Shown here piece by piece: positions 24,990-39,312 of a DNA stretch of 64,000 nt. The stretch is from positions 13,020,001-13,084,000 of the forward strand of contig OZ176053.1 of the NCBI GenBank assembly GCA_964247055.1, read 5' to 3'. Every line of letters begins with the position of its first letter. The stretch's first letter is position 1. The position numbers and the translations under genes were made by a program. The notes under the pieces are model-generated. The model was not told the origin of the DNA. It saw only the letters and a list, made by a program, of their open reading frames with translations, and did not search any database. The stretch comes from Paragordius varius (taxonomy: Eukaryota > Animalia > Nematomorpha).

Positions 24990-27900
24990 CTCTTAGTAAG
25001 ACTACATGAAAATATAGAGATAGTTTGACAGACTCTTTCATATCCGATTTTTACAACGATACTTTATAAATTAATGTATTAAACTAGTCGCATCAATATT
25101 CAAGTTAAACTTTGTCCTTAAAACTCGGATATTGGTCACGGTGAACAAAATAATTTTTTATACATTCTCTTAGCAAGACTACATCAAATAATAGAGATAG
25201 TTTGACAAACTCTTTCACATCCGATTTTTACAACGATACTTTATAAATTAATGTATAAAACTTGTCGTATCAATAAGTCGCATCAATACTCAATTTAAAC
25301 TTTGTCCTTAAAAATCGGATATTGGTCACCGGTGAACAAAATTATTTTTTATACATTCTCTTAGTAAGACTACATCAAAATATAGAGATATTTTGACAAA
25401 CTCTTTCATATCCGATTTTTACAACGATACTTTAAAAATTAATGTGTTAATCTAGTCGCATTAATACTCAAGTTAAACTTTGTCCTTAAAAATCGGATAT
25501 TGGTCACCGGTGAACAAAATAATTTTTTATACATTCTCTTAGTAAGACTACATCAAAATATAGAGATAGTTTGACAAACTCTTTCCATATCCGAATTTTA
25601 CAACGATACTTTAAAAATTAATGTGTTAAACTAGTCGCATACTCAAGTTAAACTTTGTCCTTAAAAATCGGATATTGGTCACCGGTGAACAAAATTATTT
25701 TTTATACATTCTCTTAGTAAGACTACATTAAAATATAGAGATAGTTTGACAAACTCTTTCATATCCGATTTTTACAACGATACTTTAAAAATTAATGTAT
25801 AAAACTAGTCGTATCAATAAATCGTATCAATACTCAAGTTAAACTTTGTCCTTAAAAATCGGATATTGGTCACCGGTGAACAAAATTATTTTTTATACAT
25901 TCTCTTAGTAGGACTACATTAAAATATAGAGATAGTTTGGCAAACTCTTTCCTATCCGGATTGTACAACGATACTTTAAAAATTAATGTATTAAACTAGT
26001 CGCATCAATACTCAAGTTAAACTTTGTCCTTAAAAATCGGATATTGGTCATCGGTGAACAAAATAATTTTTTATACATTCTCTTAGCAAGACTACATCAA
26101 ATAATAGAGATAGTTTGACAAACTCTTTCATATCCGATTATTACAACAATACTTTATATATTAATGTATAAAACTAATCGTATCAATAAGTCGCATCAAT
26201 ACTCAAGTTAAACTTATCCTTAAAAATCGGATATTGGTCCCCGGTGAACAAAATAATTTTTTATACATTCTCTTAGTAAGACTACATCAAAATATAGAGA
26301 TAGTTTGACAAACTCTTTCATATCCGATTTTTACAACTATACTTTAAAAATTAATGTATTAAACTAGTCGCATCAATATTCAAGTTAAAATTTGTCCTTA
26401 AAAAGCGGATATTGGTCACCGGTGAACAAAATTATTTTTTATACATTCTCTTAGTAGGACTACATCAAATAATAGAGATAGTTTGACAAACTCTTTCATA
26501 TCCGATTATTACAACAATACTTTATATATTAATGTATAAAACTAATCGTATCAATAAGTCGCATCAATACTCAAGTTAAACTTATCCTTAAAAATCGGAT
26601 ATTGGTCCCCGGTGAACAAAATAATTTTTTATACATTCTCTTAGTAAGACTACATCAAAATATAGAGATAGTTTGACAAACTCTTTCATATCCGATTTTT
26701 ACAACTATACTTTAAAAATTAATGTATTAAACTAGTCGCATCAATATTCAAGTTAAACTTTGTCCTTAAAAATCGGATATTGGTCACCGGTGAACAAAAT
26801 AATTTTTTATACATTCTCTTAGTAAGACTACATCAAAATATAGAGATAGTTTGACAAACTCTTTCATATCCGGATTGTACAACGATACTTTAAAAATTAT
26901 GGTATTAAACCAGTCGCATCAATACTCAAGTTAAACTTTGTCCTTAAAAATCGGATATTGGTCACCGGTGAACAAAATTACTTTTTATACATTCTCTTAG
27001 TAAGACTACATCAAAATATAGAGATAGTTTGACAAACTCTTTCATATCCGATTTTTACAACGATACTTTAAAAATTAATGTATTAAACTAGTCGCATCAA
27101 TATTCAAGTTAAACTTTGTCCTTAAAAATCGGATATTGGTCACCGGTGAACAAAATAATTTTTTATACATTCTCTTAGCAAGACTACATCAAATAATAGA
27201 GATAGTTTGACAAACTCTTTCATATCCGATTTTTACAACGATACTTTATAAATTAATGTATAAAACTAGTCGTATCAATAAGTCGCATCAATACTCAAGT
27301 TAAACTTTGTCCTTAAAAATCGATATTGGTCACCGGTGAACAAAATAATCTTTTATACATTCTCTTAGTAAGACTACATCAAATTATAGAGATAGTTTGA
27401 CAAACTCTTTCATATCCGATTTTTACAACGATACTTTAAAAATTATGGTATAACCAGTCGCATCAATACTCAAGTTAAACTTTGTCCTTAAAAATCGGAT
27501 ATTGGTCACCGGTGAACAAAATTATTTTTTATACATTCTCTTAGCAAGACTACATCAAATAATAGAGATAGTTTGACAAACTCCTTCATATCCGATTTTT
27601 ACAACGATACTTTATAAATTAATGTATAAAACTAGTCGTATCAATAAGTCGCATCAATACTCAAGTTAAACTTTGTCCTTAAACATCGGATATTGGTCAC
27701 CGGTGAACAAAATAATTTTTTATACATTCTCTTAGTAAGACTACATCAAAATATAGAGATAGTTTGACAAACTCTTTCATATCTGATTTTTACAACGATA
27801 CTTTAAAAATTATGGTATTAAACCAGTCGCATCAATACTCAAGTTAAACTTTGTCCTTAAAAATCGGATATTGGTCACCGGTGAACAAAATAATTTTTTA

Positions 27901-30618
27901 TACATTCTCTTAGCAAGACTACATCAAATAATAGAGATAGTTTGACAAACTCTTTCATATCCGATTTTTACAACGATACTTTATAAATTAATGTATAAAA
28001 CTAGTCGTATCAATAAGTCGCATCAATACTCAAGTTAAACTTTGTCCTTAAAAATCGGATATTGGTCACCGGTGAACAAAATAATCTTTTATACATTCTC
28101 TTAGTAAGACTACATCAAATTATAGAGATAGTTTGACAAACTCTTTCATATCCGATTTTTACAACGATACTTTAAAAATTAATGTGTTAAACTAGTCGCA
28201 TTAATACTCAAGTTAAACTTTGTCCTTAAAAATCGGATATTGGTCACCCGTGAACAAAATTATTTTTTATACATTCTCTTAGTAAGACTACATCAAAATA
28301 TAGAGATATTTTGACAAACTCTTTCATATCCGATTTTTACAACGATACTTTATAAATTAATGTATAAAACTAGTCGTATCAATAAGTCGCATCGTTAAAC
28401 TTTGTCCTTAAAAATCGGATATTGGTCACCGGTGAACAAAATAATCTTTTATACATTCTCTTAGTAAGACTACATCAAATTATAGAGATAGTTTGACAAA
28501 CTCTTTCATATCCGATTTTTACAACGATACTTTAAAAATTATGGTATAACCAGTCGCATCAATACTCAAGTTAAACTTTGTCCTTAAAAATCGGATATTG
28601 GTCACCGGTGAACAAAATTATTTTTTATACATTCTCTTAGTAAGACTACATCAAAATATAGAGATATTTTGACAAACTCTTTCATATCCGATTTTTACAA
28701 CGATACTTTAAAAATTTATGTATTAAACTAGTCGCATCAATACTCAAGTTAAACTTTGTCCTTAAAAATCGGATATTGGTCATCGGTGAACAAAATAATT
28801 TTTTATACATTCTCTTAGCAAGACTACATCAAATAATAGAGATAGTTTGACAAACTCTTTATATCCGATTATTACAACAATACTTTATATATTAATGTAT
28901 AAAACTAATCGTATCAATAAGTCGCATCAATACTCAAGTTAAACTTTGTCCTTAAAAATCGGATATTGGTCACCGGTAAACAAAATAATTTTTTATACAT
29001 TCTCTTAGTAAGACTACATCAAAATATAGAGATAGTTTGACAAACTCTTTCATATCCGGATTGTACAACGATACTTTAAAAATTATGGCATTAAACCAGT
29101 CGCATCAATACTCAAGTTAAACTTTGTCCTTAAAAATCGGATATTGGTCACCGGTGAACAAAATAATTTTTTATACATTCTCTTAGCAAGACTACATCAA
29201 ATAATAGAGATAATTTGACAAACTCTTTCATATCCGATTTTTACAACGATACTTTATAAATTAATGTATAAAACTAGTCGTATCAATAAGTCGCATCAAT
29301 ACTCAAGTTAAACTTTGTCCTTAAAAATCGGATATTGGTTACCAGTGAACAAAATAATCTTTTATACATTCTCTTAGTAAGACTACATCAAATTATAGAG
29401 ATAGTTTGACAAACTCTTTCATATCCGATTTTTACAACGATACTTTAAAAATTATGGTATAACCAGTCGCATCAATACTCAAGTTAAACTTTGTCCTTAA
29501 AAATCGGATATTGGTCACCGGTGAACAAAATAATTTTTTATACATTCTCTTAGCAAGACTACATCAAATAATAGAGATAGTTTGACAAACTCTTTCATAT
29601 CCGATTTTTACAACGATACTTTATAAATTAATGTATAAAACTAGTCGTATCAATAAGTCGCATCAATACTCAAGTTAAACTTTGTCCTTAAAAATCGGAT
29701 ATTGGTCACCGGTGAACAAAATAATCTTTTATACATTCTCTTAGTAAGACTACATCAAATTATAGAGATAGTTTGACAAACTCTTTCATATCCGAATTTT
29801 ACAACGATACTTTAAAAATTATGGTATAACCAGTCGCATCAATACTCAAGTTAAACTTTGTCCTTAAAAATCGGATATTGGTCACCGGTGAACAAAATTA
29901 TTTTTTATACATTCTCTTAGTAAGACTACATCAAAATATAGAGATAGTTTGACAAACTCTTTCTATATCCGAATTTTACAACGATACTTTAAAAATTAAT
30001 GTGTTAAACTAGTCGCATACTCAAGTTAAACTTTGTCCTTAAAAATCGGATATTGGTCACCGGTGAACAAAATTATTTTTTATACATTCTCTTAGTAAGA
30101 CTACATTAAAATATAGAGATAGTTTGACAAATTCTTTCATATCCGATTTTTACAACGATACTTTAAAAATTTATGTATAAAACTAGTCGCATCAATACTC
30201 AAGTTAAACTTTGTCAAAAATCGGATATTGGTCACCGGTGAACAAAACTATTTTTTATAATTCTTTTAGTATGACTACATCAAAATATAGAGATAGTTTG
30301 ACAAACTCTTTATTATCTGATTTTTACAACGATACTTTAAAAATTAATGTATAATTTAGCATACGACAATATTCAAGTTAAACTTTGTCCTTAAAAATCG
30401 GATATTGGTAACCGGTGAACGAAACTATTTTCTATACATTCTCTTAGAAGGACTACATTAAAATATAGAGATAGTTTGACAAACTCTTTCATATCCGATT
30501 TTTACAACGATACTTTAAAAATTAATGTATAAAACTAATCGCATCAATACTCAAGTTAAACTTTGTCTTTAAAAATCGGATATTGGTCACCGGTGAACAA
30601 AATTATTTTTTATACATT
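24990..30618 (+). repeat. HOR unit U0 (5629 bp, ~31 monomers; more diverged and rearranged version of the domain-C HOR)
   Basis: The marker CTACATGAAAA...GACAGACT is at 25008 and next at 30637. The unit shares the variant monomers of later units in partly different order and contains a local 368-bp dimer duplication (CCGATTATTAC at 26140/26508). Confidence 0.7.
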
Positions 30619-33600
30619 CTCTTAGTAAGACTACATGAAAATATAGAGATAGTTTGACAGACTCTTTCATATCCGATTTTTACAACGATACTTTATAAAT
30701 TAATGTATTAAACTAGTCGCATCAATATTCAAGTTAAACTTTGTCCTTAAAACTCGGATATTGGTCACGGTGAACAAAATAATTTTTTATACATTCTCTT
30801 AGCAAGACTACATCAAATAATAGAGATAGTTTGACAAACTCCTTCATATCCGATTTTTACAACGATACTTTATAAATTAATGTATAAAACTAGTCGTATC
30901 AATAAGTCGCATCAATACTCAAGTTAAACTTTGTCCTTAAACATCGGATATTGGTCACCGGTGAACAAAATAATTTTTTATACATTCTCTTAGTAAGACT
31001 ACATCAAAATATAGAGATAGTTTGACAAACTCTTTCATATCTGATTTTTACAACGATACTTTAAAAATTATGGTATTAAACCAGTCGCATCAATACTCAA
31101 GTTAAACTTTGTCCTTAAAAATCGGATATTGGTCACCGGTGAACAAAATAATTTTTTATACATTCTCTTAGCAAGACTACATCAAATAATAGAGATAGTT
31201 TGACAAACTCTTTCATATCCGATTTTTACAACGATACTTTATAAATTAATGTATAAAACTAGTCGTATCAATAAGTCGCATCAATACTCAAGTTAAACTT
31301 TGTCCTTAAAAATCGGATATTGGTTACCGCTGAACAAAATAATCTTTTATACATTCTCTTAGTAAGACTACATCAAATTATAGAGATAGTTTGACAAACT
31401 CTTTCATATCCGAATTTTACAACGATACTTTAAAAATTATGGTATAACCAGTCGCATCAATACTCAAGTTAAACTTTGTCCTTAAAAATCGGATATTGGT
31501 CACCGGTGAACAAAATTATTTTTTATACATTCTCTTAGTAAGACTACATCAAAATATAGAGATAGTTTGACAAACTCTTTCTATATCCGAATTTTACAAC
31601 GATACTTTAAAAATTAATGTGTTAAACTAGTCGCATACTCAAGTTAAACTTTGTCCTTAAAAATCGGATATTGGTCACCGGTGAACAAAATTATTTTTTA
31701 TACATTCTCTTAGTAAGACTACATTAAAATATAGAGATAGTTTGACAAACTCTTTCATATCCGATTTTTACAACGATACTTTAAAAATTAATGTATAAAA
31801 CTAGTCGTATCAATAAATCGTATCAATACTCAAGTTAAACTTTGTCCTTAAAAATCGGATATTGGTCACCGGTGAACAAAATTATTTTTTATACATTCTC
31901 TTAGTAGGACTACATTAAAATATAGAGATATTTTGACAAACTCTTTCATATCCGATTTTTACAACGATACTTTAAAAATTAATGTGTTAAACTAGTCGCA
32001 TTAATAATCAAGTTAAACTTTGTCCTTAAAAATCGGATATTGGTCACCGGTGAACAAAATAATTTTTTATACATTCTCTTAGTAAGACTACATCAAAATA
32101 TAGAGATAGTTTGACAAACTCTTTCCATATCCGATTTTTACAACGATACTTTAAAAATTAATGTGTTAAACTAGTCGCATCAATACTCAAGTTAAACTTT
32201 GTCCTTAAAAATCGGATATTGGTCACCGAACAAAATTATTTTTTATACATTCTCTTAGTAAGACTACTTCAAAATATAGAGATAGTTTGACAAACTCTTT
32301 CATATCCGATTAAAAATTAATGTATTAAACTAGTCGCATCAATATTCAAGTTAAACTTTGTCCTTAAAAATCGGATATTGGTCACCGGTGAACAAAATAA
32401 TTTTTTATACATTCTAGTAAGACTACATCAAAATATAGAGATAGTTTGACAAACTCTTTCCATATCCGATTTTTACAACGATACTTTAAAAATTAATGTA
32501 TTAAACTAGTCGCATGATTACTCAAGTTAAACTTTGTCCTTAAAAATCGGATATTGGTCCCCGGTGAACCAAATAATTTTTTATACATTCTCTTAGTAAG
32601 ACTACATCAAAATATAGAGATAGTTTGACAAACTCTTTCATATCCGATTTTTACAACGATACTTTAAAAATTAATGTATTAAACTAGTCGCATCAATACT
32701 CAAGTTAAACTTTGTCCTTAAAAATCGGATATTGGTCACCGGTGAACAAAATTATTTTTTATACATTCTCTTAGTAAGACTACATCAAATAATAGAGATA
32801 GTTTGACAAACTCTTTCATATCCGATTTTTACAACGATACTTTATAAATTAATGTATAAAACTAGTCGTATCAATAAGTCGCATCAATACTCAAGTTAAA
32901 CTTATCCTTAAAAATCGGATATTGGTCCCCGGTGAACAAAATAATTTTTTATACATTCTCTTAGTAAGACTACATCAAAATATAAAGATAGTTTGACAAA
33001 CTCTTTCATATCCGATTTTTACAACGATACTTTAAAAATTAATGTATTAAACTAGTCGCATCAATACTCAAGTTAAACTTTGTCCTTAAAAATCGGATAT
33101 TGGTCACCGGTAAACAAAATAATTTTTTATACATTCTCTTAGCAAGACTACATCAAATAATAGAGATAGTTTGACAAACTCTTTCATATCCGATTTTTAC
33201 AACGATACTTTATAAATTAATGTATAAAACTAGTCGTATCAATAAGTCGCATCAATACTCAAGTTAAACTTTGTCCTTAAAAATCGGATATTGGTTACCG
33301 GTGAACAAAATAATCTTTTATACATTCTCTTAGTAAGACTACATCAAATTATAGAGATAGTTTGACAAACTCTTTCATATCCGAATTTTACAACGATACT
33401 TTAAAAATTATGGTATAACCAGTCGCATCAATACTCAAGTTAAACTTTGTCCTTAAAAATCGGATATTGGTCACCGGTGAACAAAATTATTTTTTATACA
33501 TTCTCTTAGTAAGACTACATCAAAATATAGAGATATTTTGACAAACTCTTTCATATCCGATTTTTACAACGATACTTTAAAAATTAATGTGTTAATCTAG

Positions 33601-36600
33601 TCGCATTAATACTCAAGTTAAACTTTGTCCTTAAAAATCGGATATTGGTCACCGGTGAACAAAATAATTTTTTATACATTCTCTTAGTAAGACTACATCA
33701 AAATATAGAGATAGTTTGACAAACTCTTTCCATATCCGAATTTTACAACGATACTTTAAAAATTAATGTGTTAAACTAGTCGCATACTCAAGTTAAACTT
33801 TGTCCTTAAAAATCGGATATTGGTCACCGGTGAACAAAATTATTTTTTATACATTCTCTTAGTAAGACTACATTAAAATATAGAGATAGTTTGACAAACT
33901 CTTTCATATCCGATTTTTACAACGATACTTTAAAAATTAATGTATAAAACTAGTCGTATCAATAAATCGTATCAATACTCAAGTTAAATTTTGTCCTTAA
34001 AAATCGGATATTGGTCACCGGTGAACAAAATTATTTTTTATACATTCTCTTAGTAGGACTACATTAAAATATAGAGATAGTTTGGCAAACTCTTTCCTAT
34101 CCGGATTGTACAACGATACTTTAAAAATTAATGTATTAAACTAGTCGCATCAATACTCAAGTTAAACTTTGTCCTTAAAAATCGGATATTGGTCATCGGT
34201 GAACAAAATAATTTTTTATACATTCTCTTAGCAAGACTACATCAAATAATAGAGATAGTTTGACAAACTCTTTCATATCCGATTATTACAACAATACTTT
34301 ATATATTAATGTATAAAACTAATCGTATCAATAAGTCGCATCAATACTCAAGTTAAACTTTGTCCTTAAAAATCGGATATTGGTCACCGGTGAACAAAAT
34401 AATTTTTTATACATTCTCTTAGTAAGACTACATCAAAATATAGAGATAGTTTGACAAACTCTTTCATATCCGGATTGTACAACGATACTTTAAAAATTAT
34501 GGTATTAAACCAGTCGCATCAATACTCAAGTTAAACTTTGTCCTTAAAAATCGGATATTGGTCACCGGTGAACAAAATTACTTTTTATACATTCTCTTAG
34601 TAAGACTACATCAAAATATAGAGATAGTTTGACAAACTCTTTCATATCCGATTTTTACAACGATACTTTAAAAATTAATGTATTAAACTAGTCGCATCAA
34701 TATTCAAGTTAAACTTTGTCCTTAAAAATCGGATATTGGTCACCGGTGAACAAAATAATTTTTTATACATTCTCTTAGCAAGACTACATCAAATAATAGA
34801 GATAGTTTGACAAACTCTTTCATATCCGATTTTTACAACGATACTTTATAAATTAATGTATAAAACTAGTCGTATCAATAAGTCGCATCAATACTCAAGT
34901 TAAACTTTGTCCTTAAAAATCGGATATTGGTCACCGGTGAACAAAATAATCTTTTATACATTCTCTTAGTAAGACTACATCAAATTATAGAGATAGTTTG
35001 ACAAACTCTTTCATATCCGATTTTTACAACGATACTTTAAAAATTATGGTATAACTAGTCGCATCAATACTCAAGTTAAACTTTGTCCTTAAAAATCGGA
35101 TATTGGTCACCGGTGAACAAAATTATTTTTTATACATTCTCTTAGCAAGACTACATCAAATAATAGAGATAGTTTGACAAACTCCTTCATATCCGATTTT
35201 TACAACGATACTTTATAAATTAATGTATAAAACTAGTCGTATCAATAAGTCGCATCAATACTCAAGTTAAACTTTGTCCTTAAACATCGGATATTGGTCA
35301 CCGGTGAACAAAATAATTTTTTATACATTCTCTTAGTAAGACTACATCAAAATATAGAGATAGTTTGACAAACTCTTTCATATCTGATTTTTACAACGAT
35401 ACTTTAAAAATTATGGTATTAAACCAGTCGCATCAATACTCAAGTTAAACTTTGTCCTTAAAAATCGGATATTGGTCACCGGTGAACAAAATAATTTTTT
35501 ATACATTCTCTTAGCAAGACTACATCAAATAATAGAGATAGTTTGACAAACTCTTTCATATCCGATTTTTACAACGATACTTTATAAATTAATGTATAAA
35601 ACTAGTCGTATCAATAAGTCGCATCAATACTCAAGTTAAACTTTGTCCTTAAAAATCGGATATTGGTCACCGGTGAACAAAATAATCTTTTATACATTCT
35701 CTTAGTAAGACTACATCAAATTATAGAGATAGTTTGACAAACTCTTTCATATCCGATTTTTACAACGATACTTTAAAAATTATGGTATAACCAGTCGCAT
35801 CAATACTCAAGTTAATCTTTGTCCTTAAAAATCGGATATTGGTCACCGGTGAACAAAATTATTTTTTATACATTCTCTTAGTAAGACTACATCAAAATAT
35901 AGAGATATTTTGACAAACTCTTTCATATCCGATTTTTACAACGATACTTTAAAAATTAATGTGTTAAACTAGTCGCATTAATACTCAAGTTAAACTTTGT
36001 CCTTAAAAATCGGATATTGGTCACCGGTGAACAAAATAATTTTTTATACATTCTCTTAGCAAGACTACATCAAATAATAGAGATAGTTTGACAAACTCTT
36101 TCATATCCGATTTTTACAACGATACTTTATAAATTAATGTATAAAACTAGTCGTATCAATAAGTCGCATCAATACTCAAGTTAAACTTTGTCCTTAAACA
36201 TCGGATATTGGTCACCGGTGAACAAAATAATTTTTTATACATTCTCTTAGTAAGACTACATCAAAATATAGAGATAGTTTGACAAACTCTTTCATATCTG
36301 ATTTTTACAACGATACTTTAAAAATTATGGTATTAAACCAGTCGCATCAATACTCAAGTTAAACTTTGTCCTTAAAAATCGGATATTGGTCACCGGTGAA
36401 CAAAATAATTTTTTATACATTCTCTTAGCAAGACTACATCAAATAATAGAGATAGTTTGACAAACTCTTTCATATCCGATTTTTACAACGATACTTTATA
36501 AATTAATGTATAAAACTAGTCGTATCAATAAGTCGCATCAATACTCAAGTTAAACTTTGTCCTTAAAAATCGGATATTGGTCACCGGTGAACAAAATAAT

Positions 36601-39312
36601 CTTTTATACATTCTCTTAGTAAGACTACATCAAATTATAGAGATAGTTTGACAAACTCTTTCATATCCGATTTTTACAACGATACTTTAAAAATTATGGT
36701 ATAACCAGTCGCATCAATACTCAAGTTAATCTTTGTCCTTAAAAATCGGATATTGGTCACCGGTGAACAAAATTATTTTTTATACATTCTCTTAGTAAGA
36801 CTACATCAAAATATAGAGATATTTTGACAAACTCTTTCATATCCGATTTTTACAACGATACTTTAAAAATTAATGTGTTAAACTAGTCGCATTAATACTC
36901 AAGTTAAACTTTGTCCTTAAAAATCGGATATTGGTCACCGGTGAACAAAATTATTTTTTATACATTCTTTTAGTAAGACTACATCAAAATATAGAGATAT
37001 TTTGACAAACTCTTTCATATCCGATTTTTACAACGATACTTTATAAATTAATGTATAAAACTAGTCGTATCAATAAGTCGCATCGTTAAACTTTGTCCTT
37101 AAAAATCGGATATTGGTCACCGGTGAACAAAATAATCTTTTATACATTCTCTTAGTAAGACTACATCAAATTATAGAGATAGTTTGACAAACTCTTTCAT
37201 ATCCGATTTTTACAACGATACTTTAAAAATTATGGTATAACCAGTCGCATCAATACTCAAGTTAAACTTTGTCCTTAAAAATCGGATATTGGTCACCGGT
37301 GAACAAAATTATTTTTTATACATTCTCTTAGTAAGACTACATCAAAATATAGAGATATTTTGACAAACTCTTTCATATCCGATTTTTACAACGATACTTT
37401 AAAAATTTATGTATTAAACTAGTCGCATCAATACTCAAGTTAAACTTTGTCCTTAAAAATCGGATATTGGTCATCGGTGAACAAAATAATTTTTTATACA
37501 TTCTCTTAGCAAGACTACATCAAATAATAGAGATAGTTTGACAAACTCTTTATATCCGATTATTACAACAATACTTTATATATTAATGTATAAAACTAAT
37601 CGTATCAATAAGTCGCATCAATACTCAAGTTAAACTTTGTCCTTAAAAATCGGATATTGGTCACCGGTGAACAAAATAATTTTTTATACATTCTCTTAGT
37701 AAGACTGCATCAAAATATAGAGATAGTTTGACAAACTCTTTCATATCCGGATTGTACAACGATACTTTAAAAATTATGGCATTAAACCAGTCGCATCAAT
37801 ACTCAAGTTAAACTTTGTCCTTAAAAATCGGATATTGGTCACCGGTGAACAAAATAATTTTTTATACATTCTCTTAGCAAGACTACATCAAATAATAGAG
37901 ATAATTTGACAAACTCTTTCATATCCGATTTTTACAACGATACTTTATAAATTAATGTATAAAACTAGTCGTATCAATAAGTCGCATCAATACTCAAGTT
38001 AAACTTTGTCCTTAAAAATCGGATATTGGTTACCAGTGAACAAAATAATCTTTTATACATTCTCTTAGTAAGACTACATCAAATTATAGAGATAGTTTGA
38101 CAAACTCTTTCATATCCGATTTTTACAACGATACTTTAAAAATTATGGTATAACCAGTCGCATCAATACTCAAGTTAAACTTTGTCCTTAAAAATCGGAT
38201 ATTGGTCACCGGTGAACAAAATAATTTTTTATACATTCTCTTAGCAAGACTACATCAAATAATAGAGATAGTTTGACAAACTCTTTCATATCCGATTTTT
38301 ACAACGATACTTTATAAATTAATGTATAAAACTAGTCGTATCAATAAGTCGCATCAATACTCAAGTTAAACTTTGTCCTTAAAAATCGGATATTGGTCAC
38401 CGGTGAACAAAATAATCTTTTATACATTCTCTTAGTAAGACTACATCAAATTATAGAGATAGTTTGACAAACTCTTTCATATCCGATTTTTACAACGATA
38501 CTTTAAAAATTATGGTATAACCAGTCGCATCAATACTCAAGTTAAACTTTGTCCTTAAAAATCGGATATTGGTCACCGGTGAACAAAATTATTTTTTATA
38601 CATTCTCTTAGCAAGACTACATCAAATAATAGAGATAGTTTGACAAATTCTTTCATATCCGATTTTTACAACGATACTTTAAAAATTTATGTATAAAACT
38701 AGTCGCATCAATACTCAAGTTAAACTTTGTCCTTAAAAATCGGATATTGGTCACCGGTGAACAAAACTATTTTTTATACATTCTTTTAGTAAGACTACAT
38801 TAAAATATAGAGATAGTTTGACAAATTCTTTCATATCCGATTTTTACAACGATACTTTAAAAATTTATGTATAAAACTAGTCGCATCAATACTCAAGTTA
38901 AACTTTGTCAAAAATCGGATATTGGTCACCGGTGAACAAAACTATTTTTTATAATTCTTTTAGTATGACTACATCAAAATATAGAGATAGTTTGACAAAC
39001 TCTTTATTATCTGATTTTTACAACGATACTTTAAAAATTAATGTATAATTTAGCATACGACAATATTCAAGTTAAACTTTGTCCTTAAAAATCGGATATT
39101 GGTAACCGGTGAACGAAACTATTTTCTATACATTCTCTTAGAAGGACTACATTAAAATATAGAGATAGTTTGACAAACTCTTTCATATCCGATTTTTACA
39201 ACGATACTTTAAAAATTAATGTATAAAACTAATCGCATCAATACTCAAGTTAAACTTTGTCTTTAAAAATCGGATATTGGTCACCGGTGAACAAAATTAT
39301 TTTTTATACATT
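30619..39312 (+). repeat. HOR unit U1 (8694 bp, 48 monomers = 44-mer minus 1 plus an internal 5-monomer duplication)
   Basis: Offset 8694 for CATGAAAA (30637/39331), CCGATTAAAAA (32310/41004) and GGTAACC (30410/39104). The internal 914-bp duplication is marked by GTTAATCTTTG at 35816/36730. Confidence 0.87.
38644..39220 (+). repeat. Island of ~3 domain-B monomers inside domain C (also ~30110-30520, ~52217-52790, ~60169-60745); matches 19197-19773
   Basis: It carries the B-type variants CAAATTCTTTC, TTTGTCAAAAATCGG, TAGTATGACTAC, TTTATTATCTG, TTTAGCATACGAC, GGTAACCGGTGAACGAAACT and TTAGAAGG in the same order as 19197-19773. Confidence 0.88.
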
